NCBI GenBank assembly: GCA_050084985.1
Contig: JBITNC010000001.1
Span: 130,448,001-130,512,000, forward strand
DNA from: Nageia nagi
Lineage: Eukaryota > Plantae > Pinophyta
DNA length: 64,000 nucleotides
Reading direction: 5' to 3'
Positions 55,313 through 64,000 of the stretch are shown here, one piece after another (the first letter of the stretch is position 1; each line of letters opens with the position of its first letter). A program made the position numbers and the translations under genes. A model generated the notes under the pieces. The model saw only the letters and a program-made list of their open reading frames with translations. It was not told where the DNA came from and ran no database searches.

Positions 55313-56940
55313 TGTAACACAACCCAACTTTTACCATCTAAACCCTTAAATTTAGGACCAATTTTTTTTTTTTTTTTTAAATGATTAGTCTATCTATTTC
55401 ATAAGGTTCACTATTAATAGACTTATATCCCACATATATTATTTAGCAATACCTTATCTACTTTATTTAGACTTCATCTTCTTTTTGTAAGTATAAGGAT
55501 ACATTCCTCAGGAAATCCTACTCTCGCTTTCAAGAGGTTACTCCTAATGATTGTGCCCTTATTTTATTCAAATGAGATATTTATTATGTCAAAGATACAA
55601 GCTTTATTATGTCTTAGAATGTGTATATTAGATCCTAGTTGTTGGACCCTTTTGCTATTCATTCTTCCTATTCTAGTACTCATTCATCAATAAGCTTATC
55701 TAAGCTCAAAACAAATTTTGACCCTAACAATCAAAATGATTCTAACTTTGCATTAGACCCTATTTATTAATGCATAACATGAGGTTTTAGTAATGATTAT
55801 AAGATCCCATCATAAGAAGGAGATAAGCTTGGATTTAGTTTATATCATTTCGTACTTTAAATCATTTCTTATAAGTTCACTATGATTCATCTTATTAACC
55901 ACTTTTATTGTTTGGTTCACCATTAAACTATGTATTTGAGCTTGATTATAGGAACATCATTTTTGCAAGGTTTTCTCTTTTAAGAAATATTAATTTACCA
56001 AGCAACTAATTTCATTTGCATCTATTTTGATCCCTTTATTATACTAGAATTCCTAATATCTTATTTTCCACCTCAATTTGTATGTTTTAAAAGATATTAG
56101 GGTGACCTTATTTTTACTTTTCTTATTAACTTACCATGTATTCAATTTCTTATCTTGGACCCATCTACGAGGTTTAAGAGCAATCCCTAAATTTATTTAA
56201 CTTTCATCCCTTGTATGTAATTCCCTTTTTACTAGAAATTCCTTATGAATCATGTCTAGTTTATATATCAAAACATTAGAATTTGTAGATCCCTATGCTT
56301 TCATTAGATGATTTGAACTAAATGCAAAGGTCATAATACTTAGAACCAATAAATAGTCAACATTAAGATTCTTCTTCTAATATATGATTTATTTAAACTA
56401 TTCTAAGACGATGATATCTTTATATTCACATATTCATACTCTTGATGGAAGACTATTAATATAAAGTTAAAGATCACATTTCTCTATACTTTAAGATTAT
56501 ACAATAAGAACCTCTTTGGTTACTTTTGAAATCTTTCCATATATTTCCTAAGTTAACTTTAAGATCCCATATAAGCATAAAATACAAAATTATCACATAA
56601 GGATAAATAAATAAGGTAACCCTAAATAAGGATCCTTTTACAATTTTTAAATACATCAAAATTGATCTCAAGGGTCTTCAACATATCTTATTTTCGTGAT
56701 GTAGGTCCTTCCATCTTTGTCTTCAAGCTTCTTCCAAGGATCAAAAGAGATTGGGTTGAGTACTAGGAAGAGTGGAGGATCAAGAAAACTCTTTTTATTT
56801 ATATATGACCATGATGCAAATGATTTATGATATCTCATTCCTTTAGAATCAATCTACAGACCTTAGGAGGTTTTAGATCCTTTCTAGGACTACCTCCCTT
56901 CCTCGGTCATATGATGGATCAATACATAAGCATATTATGA

Positions 56941-59017
56941 TCTACATACCTTTAAATATTTAAATGATGCATACTATCTATTTAAAGAATACTTTAACAA
57001 TCCATAAACCGTATACATCAATATTAAGATGAAAATCGCAAATATTGCATATTCAAGATAAGTATTCATTGAATTATCATTTAATAAACTTGCTTTCTAT
57101 ATTTAAATCAAATTTACCATATTAATGAAATTATGCCTTATGCTAAACGTTGGACACCATTTAATCTATTCAACCTAAACTATTACGAGTAGTAGTTTTA
57201 GAATGTTTTTCTTGGACGGCGTAGGGATTTTTTTTTAGTTTCAATATCCAAGGAAGCCTTTCCAAGGCGTTGACATAGCTCTACTCACTCTTGAACTCTT
57301 GAACTAGTATTGTGTCTTAGGAGACTCTAGTTGGGTCTTAAAATGGAGATAATATTCTTTTATTATTACTCTTTCTATGATGGGAAAGTATTTTATTTAA
57401 CCTTCAATAATGTAAAATTCGACCAGGCGACCTTGTATGTAGAGAGAGAGAGGTAACTTTTATTAAACATGAGAGTAAAAACAAATGCCTATGCACAAAT
57501 CGTATACGTTGATAGGGTCCGTGAATGTTTAACAAAATACCTATCAAAATGCAATCTAATGGAATGTAATGATCGCAGGTTAAGTACAAAATGGATTTAT
57601 TGAAAGAGGCCACGAGTTGTTTGACAAAATGCTAATTGAGAGGTAACATAGGGGACACACATATCATAGGATAAACCTTTGATAGCACTCTCCTAGCATT
57701 TGCCACTACGAGAACTCAAGAAGAAGGTATGGAGATTCATCAAAGAGTAATTGAGAATGGTTTCTCGTCGAACGTTGTGGTTGTGAGTTCCTGATAAAAA
57801 AAAATACAAAGCCTGGGGATTGTTTGATAGAATGCATGATGCAGCACATTTGCATGGACTATAATATTAGTAGGATATGCACAAAAATGGATTTTCTAAA
57901 AAGGCACAGGAGACTTTTAAACAAATGAATAGTCAGGTGTAAAGACAGAATTTAAAACCTTTGACAGCATTTTTCAACGTGTACCATGATTGGAATGCTA
58001 GAAGAAGGCTTAGATATCCCTCAAAGAGTAGTTGAAAATGATTACTCATCAGATATTATGGTTGAGAATGCCTACACAAGGTCCGAGAATTGTTAAATAA
58101 GTTTCCATGGACTGCAATGATCACAGGATACGCATAGAATGATTTTTCTAAAAAGGACGCAACAGATGCAACACCGAGGAGGAAAGTTAAACTCTGAAAC
58201 TTTTGCCAATATTTTCCAGCATGAGCTATCGTGGGAGCTCAAGAAGAATGTATAGGAATCCATTCAAGAGTAATTGACAATGGTTTTTCATCAAATAATA
58301 TAAAATGTGAGGAATATGCAAGACTTGGGAATCGTTTGACAACATGCATGATACAAGAACAGTTTCATGGATTGTAAGGATGGTAGAATATGCTCAAAAT
58401 GGGTTTTATGAATAAGTGCAGGAGGCTTTTACAATGATCAAGCATAATGCTAAACTCTGAAACCTTTACCAATATTTTTCCAACGCTTTCCATAATGTAA
58501 GCTCTTGAAGAAGATGTGGGAATCCATTAAAGAGTAGTTGAAAATGGATTTTCATCGAGAATGTGTACCTTGATATCCATGTATGCAAAAGATGAACGAA
58601 TACTCAAGGTCCGAGAATTTTTTGATAACAGGCATGATGCAGACAAAATTTTAAAGACTACAATATTTCCTGGATGCATACAAAAAGTGTTTTTCTGAAA
58701 AGGCCTTTGAGCTTTGAAGAGTAAAGTTGAACGTTGTACCCTTGCCAACAACAGACCAATGTGTGTCACCATGGAGACTCAAGAAAAAGTACAAAGATCT
58801 ATCAAAAGTAATTGAGAATGGTTTCTCATCGAACATATGGACGTGAGTATTTTGATAACCATATATGCAAAATATGGAGAAATGCGCAAGTTCTCGAAAT
58901 GGTTTGTCATGAACAACATTTCATAAACTACAATGTTTGCACATAGAATAGTCTTATCAACCATTAAAATATAATGTCCCACCATACAAATAATGCACTT
59001 TAATGTTTCCTACCTAG
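56941..59017 (+). mobile_element. Candidate non-autonomous Helitron carrying the PPR fragment
   Basis: A|TCTAC at 56940/56941 (alternative A|TCTAT at 57165) and CTAG|T at 59014-59018 bracket the CpG-retaining segment. The 3' hairpin is not convincing. Confidence 0.35.
57486..58910 (+). pseudogene. PLS-class pentatricopeptide repeat (PPR) pseudogene fragment, ~5 PLS triplets, no E/DYW domain seen
   Basis: WNVMIAG*VQNGF..ELFDKM, TFDSTL..EEGMEIHQRVIENGFSSNVVVV, LFDRMH..WTIILVGYAQ..AQETFKQM, WTAMITGYA, LISMYAKDERILKVREFFD. Many frameshifts. Confidence 0.92.
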
Positions 59018-60133
59018 TAGATTTTGAAAGGAAACTAATAAATTACACCCCATTTACTTAGGAATAAATTTCATATGCATAAAGTCAAATAAGAAAAATA
59101 ACATGTCTCTTCATAAAACACCTATTACAACATTTATGAATAATACCATTATTCATACACCTTCATTAAGCATTCTTTCCTTTCAAGACCAATTAATAAC
59201 ACTAAATAAGTCTATAGCATTAAAATCAAAAATAAAAGGCACCTAAGCTTTGAGTAAAGGAAGAGGCTTTTTCTTCTCCATGGGCTCTTAAACCAAAGCT
59301 AAGAAGAAAATAAATGGTGATGAATTCTTCTAAAAAAATTTCTTCATTTATAGTTAAGGAGACTCAAATATGTCCAAATAGATGTCTACTCATCCTGTCA
59401 ATAATTTTTGAGGTAGGTCTCATTTAAAGTTGTTGATAAGTGTGATGGCATTAAATACTTTGGATCTTTTTATATTAATTGACAAATTAAGATCAATTAT
59501 TTCCCATACCTAACACAAAGAAGCAAAATAAGTAGGGTCATATCTTAATTATTTTCATAAACCATTAATACCTTATAACATCCCAAAGTGACATTCGTCC
59601 TTTCTAACTGTCACTTTTTAAATTTCACTCTATTTTACTAACAACCATAAGTAAAAAGTCAAATTCAAAGGAATATTCCTTACCCTCTCTTTTTGAATCT
59701 AAATTTTAAAAATTCATAACAAAAAGTTAATCACATATTTTACCTGCAATGGTCACCTCATTTTGGAGGATAAATTATTAGTCCACAAATATACATTCTT
59801 CATGAAAATTAACACTCAAGACTACTATGTAACTACATGATCTATGATGGTCGTTAGGGTGTGTCCACGATCTAAATCCAATCATTTTCTCACTCTTACC
59901 CTTCCATTTCCATAACCAATTCACCTTTGGTTCCTTGGGTCTTTAATTATTCTTTTCATCTTGAAGTAACATGTTAACTACATCATAGAACCTCGAAGCT
60001 AGCATCAAATTAACATAAATATTACATAGTTTCACTTAAAATTCATCATCACATAGCAATATTTCAAACATGGTTTCATTCACAACCTCAATAGTACTCA
60101 AGGTCAAGTAGTGCCATTGGGTGGGTTGTTATA

Positions 60134-63100
60134 GTAAGTGATTCTTCTTCTTTTGTGGGAAAACTATGATATCATCTAAATAAATTAAAACTATTTTGTT
60201 GATCAACTCCCCAAATGCATGGTCTATAGCCCTTTGAAAAGTTGTTTCAAAATTTGAAAATCCAAAAGGAATTCATTGAAAAATAAATGTTCCCCACTTT
60301 ATGGTGAATGTTGCTTTATATTGGTCTTCATATTTTACCCATATCTAGTTATACCCAAAGAAGCCATCAAGAAAGGAGAGCACTCAAATCCTACAAAAAT
60401 ATGTAGAATTTATTCCATAGGAGATAAGGGATAGTTATCTTTTAGTGAGGCTATGTTAAAATTCTATAAATCTACACATAGCCTAGTACCTCCATTCTTC
60501 TTCCTAACTGGTACTAAATTAGCCACCCAAGTAGAATGCTTGATAGGATATATGATCCTAGCTTGAAATAATTTTTGAACTTCTTGTTACATTACTACTT
60601 CAATTGTAGGATTCACTGGTCTTTATTTATATTAGAAAGGATTTACCCTCTCAATTAGCTCTATGATGTGTTGGATAACCTCTTTGTTAAGCACCTTCAA
60701 GTCATCATAGCTACATGCCATGATACCAACAAACTCCTTCATGATTTTATCTATCTCTAAAATATCTTTTGATGAATATTTGATACCAACCTTCAGAACC
60801 TTATTGGTAGCTATTTCTAACTCTTTAAATTTATTAGGAGAAGCTAAAATATTTTCTTTTCTCAATTGATTATCTCTATTAAAGATATATTCAAATGCAA
60901 TAATACTTTTACGCAAAGTATTATTTTTTAACTATAATATATCTTCTCTAAATGCTTCTATTAGTGACTCTTAACTATTTGAACATAGCATTTGGTTAGC
61001 CAAGAAAGCATTAATATCTTTATCATCATCAAAAACTTGCTAAAAATAATCATTTTCTGAAATAGAAGGATCAAAAATTAGCTGAATATCTTTTCTTCTT
61101 AGCTAGTGATGAGTAGGATCAAATATTTATCCTTTCTGAGCTAAGGCATCAACTTCACTATTTAGATCATTAATGAATGTAGTAAAATTAAGATAATCAA
61201 AACTTTTCAATAAGTACCATGCTCTATTTTTGTATTTTTTAGATAATGATGTTTTAATGAACACTTATCTACCACATGATTGATAACCAACTCTGAATCA
61301 CCAAAAATAGTCAAATATTTTATTTTCAACTTATTCACTTGTTCAAACCCTAAGCACAGGGCTTCATACTCTACTACATTATTTATACAATTTTAAGTAA
61401 GATAGAATATTTTTTATTTCACCAAAAGGGATCTCAAAACAACCCCTGCACTAGGACCATTCTTAGACTTCATTGCATCAAAGTGCATTTTCCATAATTC
61501 TTGTTCCCTTAGTTTCTAAAGGGTAAGGGCTAGTAAGTCGGTAATATCTTCAAGAATTACATAATTCCCAATTCCTTCACTCTCAAGTTGATTGATCATA
61601 AGTTTAGAAACTAAATCTTTGATTCTATAGAGTCAAATTCCATTTCAACAACATTTGTTAATAAAGCCTTCTCATTAATCATGTTAACTTGGGGAAATTT
61701 CTTAGTAAGAAATCCTACAGCAAGCTCATTAATAATATCAAATGTTTTGTTCTTAAAGGGAATAGATATATGGAAATAGTCCATAGTTAGTACCCTCCCA
61801 ATTTGAATGTAAATTCTTTAGATAAGCACAAACCAAATATAGGGGGAAGGTCTACAAATATGATATCTTAGATGAATGAAATCTTTGGATACCTATGAAG
61901 CTTCATTGGAATATCTTTTACTACAATAAGGGTTTTGATATTTGTACTATCCAACTAAATAATTCCAATGGAGTCTCTAGTGTAGGTAAATTCAATGACA
62001 TTAGATACTTTCTTAGGCATAACTATCATGGAAGCCCTTAAATCTATCATGCAATTATAAAAAATATTTTTTTCTAATTCAAGGGTAATGTAAAAATGAA
62101 GAGGTATATTTTTAGCCATACGTAGTAATTTTTAGCTACATCTAGATTATAATTTTAGCTATCATCTCCTTCATTTTGACTCAATAGTGCTACCTTCAGT
62201 AGGTCCATCTGTTCGAGAATGCGCAAGGCATAAAAGAGTGATTCTCTTAATGGTATTTTCTTCAAATCATCCATAATATTATATGGAATAATAAAAGAAG
62301 AAATCTCTTCTAGATTTTTTTTTATAGGTCTAAGTTGCTTCTTATCTTTGGGACCTTGTTAGAGATGGGAATCTGAACCTCTTGGCTACTTTCTCCCTTT
62401 CTTGAATTTTAGGAGAAGAATAAGGTTGAGTGGCTAGATGTTTTCTTAGAACTTGCTTTTCTAGAAAAAAAAACTTATTAGTAGCCACAAATTTACCTAT
62501 ATACCTCTTTGATAGTAACTTGGAATAAGAAGTAGATGGTGTTTGAATGGGATTAGGTGGTGGGATTGTATCTACCTCTGGGGTTGAAATTGTCTAATGA
62601 TAGACTTGGTGTTAACTACTTTATTAAAGGGTTCTGATAGTATCATGAGATTAGCTTCTAATGTTGCTTCATTCACATAATAATTAGTGCTAACTCCATC
62701 ATTAGGTATGAACATTGTTTGATGATGGTAGATAGGATAAGGATTCTAGACATGAGGGTCATTATAAGCTCTACACCAATCCTAATTAGGATGAATATAT
62801 GCCTTAGAATATATATATACTTTATTTATCCTAGGGGATCCTTCTATTATGGTTGTTGTTGATCTCTAGTAGGATAAGGATACCTCCTTTATTGATGTTC
62901 ATCATCCCTCTGGTCATAGTAATCTCACCTCTCATTCATCCTTTGTTCATCTATCCTTTAATTAGAGAAAATTATTACTAGAGTTTCCAATTTATAAATC
63001 TTCATTTGAATAGCATTTTCTTGCTCCATGTTACTAGTAGAAGCAGGTGTAGGAATTGCTAATTATGGGAAAAGGATTTGATAAGACAAGTTGTGGTTGT

Positions 63101-63950
63101 AGAGTAGGTAAAGCAAGTTAATGTTATGGTACCAAAACCTACAATTGGGTAACTAAGGAGCTTAATATATAAGTGAAGGAGAGGTTGCATAGAAGATGAA
63201 GGTTCATATGAGATAGGTGAAAATATTCTAATAAGAATCTTTCTTACTTAAATGAGTGAAGCTTTATCTTGTAAAGAAACTTTATAAATGTCCAAAAATT
63301 ATTATGAGCTAGTAATTTGAATTCTATAGGATAAATTTGAAGTGAATGCTCTAAGGTAGAATGTTAAATCCATAGAAGGATGTGGCCTCACATCAAGAGG
63401 TACTCTAGCCTAAGATTTGGCAAATCTAAGGTTAAATTTAGAAAGATTCTCCTAAGGATATATTTGAATAATATTAAATTATAAAAACAATGAGTAGGAA
63501 TCACCAACCTCATTAAATTTGACAATGAGGGGTTTTGCATGTTGAGCCCATGTAGTTATGGAATTGGTCAAAACTATTCTGTGCCAATCCAAAATTTTAT
63601 TGGAGAAAGACATAGCAAGCAATGTGATCATCACATATATATGGACTATGTTATGTTCTTTTTCCATATATACAATATCCTAACAATGTTCATAAGTAGT
63701 CTTTCCATAACTATCCCAATTCTACAATGGTTTGGGAACTTGCATTGGAATCTCATGGAGATTTGCAATGTGGAGAGCTTCAGAAGTATTCCATTCTACA
63801 TAAATAAGAGATTGAGCTAGCTTTGTCATTTAAACAAGTGTATTGACTATATTCCTATGGAAAAAATGTGGAATAAAGTTCAATATAGTGGGGATCAAAA
63901 TATGAATAACATTTGTAAGAGATTTGGATTTCCTAACTATAGTTTCAATA
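60134..63950 (-). pseudogene. gag (~63.9-62.1 kb), protease (~62060-61790), aRH (61494-61130), RT N-terminal part (60750-60134)
   Basis: WHRIVLTNSITTWAQ (gag); NCMIDLRAS (PR); WKMHFDAMKSKNGPSAGVVL..NNVVEYEALCLG..IFGDSELVIN (aRH); WVANLVPVRKKNG, FLDGFFGYN, KWGTF (RT). Confidence 0.9.
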
Positions 63951-64000
63951 GATCTTTCAAAAATTTTAGCATTAAGGAATTCTTTAACTTTCCTAGTTTG

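Larger units (their letters stand above)
55313..60133. mobile_element. 4.8-kb insertion in RT, probably a ~2.7-kb solo LTR plus nested cargo
   Basis: Termini tgtaacacaaccca / tgggttgttata are imperfect inverted repeats. Host RT reads DDIIVF..NHL|QHL across the insert. gtaag at right is compatible with a TSD whose left copy collapsed. Confidence 0.65.
49250..64000 (-). mobile_element. Degenerate Tat-clade Gypsy element with gag-PR-aRH-RT-RH-INT and extra 3' ORF; extends beyond window
   Basis: Domains colinear on the minus strand; RT split by the 55313-60133 insert. Confidence 0.88.

Noticed and set aside
59574-60133. Separate 560-bp LTR starting tataacatccca with an eroded Met PBS
   Set aside because: No partner LTR in the insert and a poor PBS match. 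The right terminus pairs better with 55313. Not fully excluded.

Overview
AT-rich, strongly CpG/CHG-depleted eukaryotic plant DNA with no intact host gene, RNA gene or CRISPR array. It is probably a gymnosperm, inferred from Tat-clade Gypsy elements with PR-aRH-RT order and a conifer-like PLS PPR remnant. The window is a deep nest of transposons. (1) Old minus-strand Tat element H: pol at ~26.7-29.6 kb, a spacer holding an array of short inverted motifs, and an extra 3' ORF at 11.4-11.15 kb continuing at 1462-1. (2) H is interrupted by an Ogre-like element (1463-11149) and by a GGG..CCC TIR element (12838-25188). (3) The TIR element holds a pol-less LTR element (13706-24928, TSD CATGG), whose 193-bp tandem array was hit by a young Ty1/Copia (15379-20505, TSD TAAGT). 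(4) Further right lie two more extra-ORF copies, a second TIR element with a 4-bp TSD (33750-34718), an orphan LTR, a gag remnant and an L1 LINE. (5) A second PR-aRH-RT Tat element has its RT split by a ~4.8-kb insert carrying a CpG-retaining PLS-class PPR pseudogene, possibly brought in by a Helitron. Boundaries of old elements are approximate and identity values are by-eye estimates.
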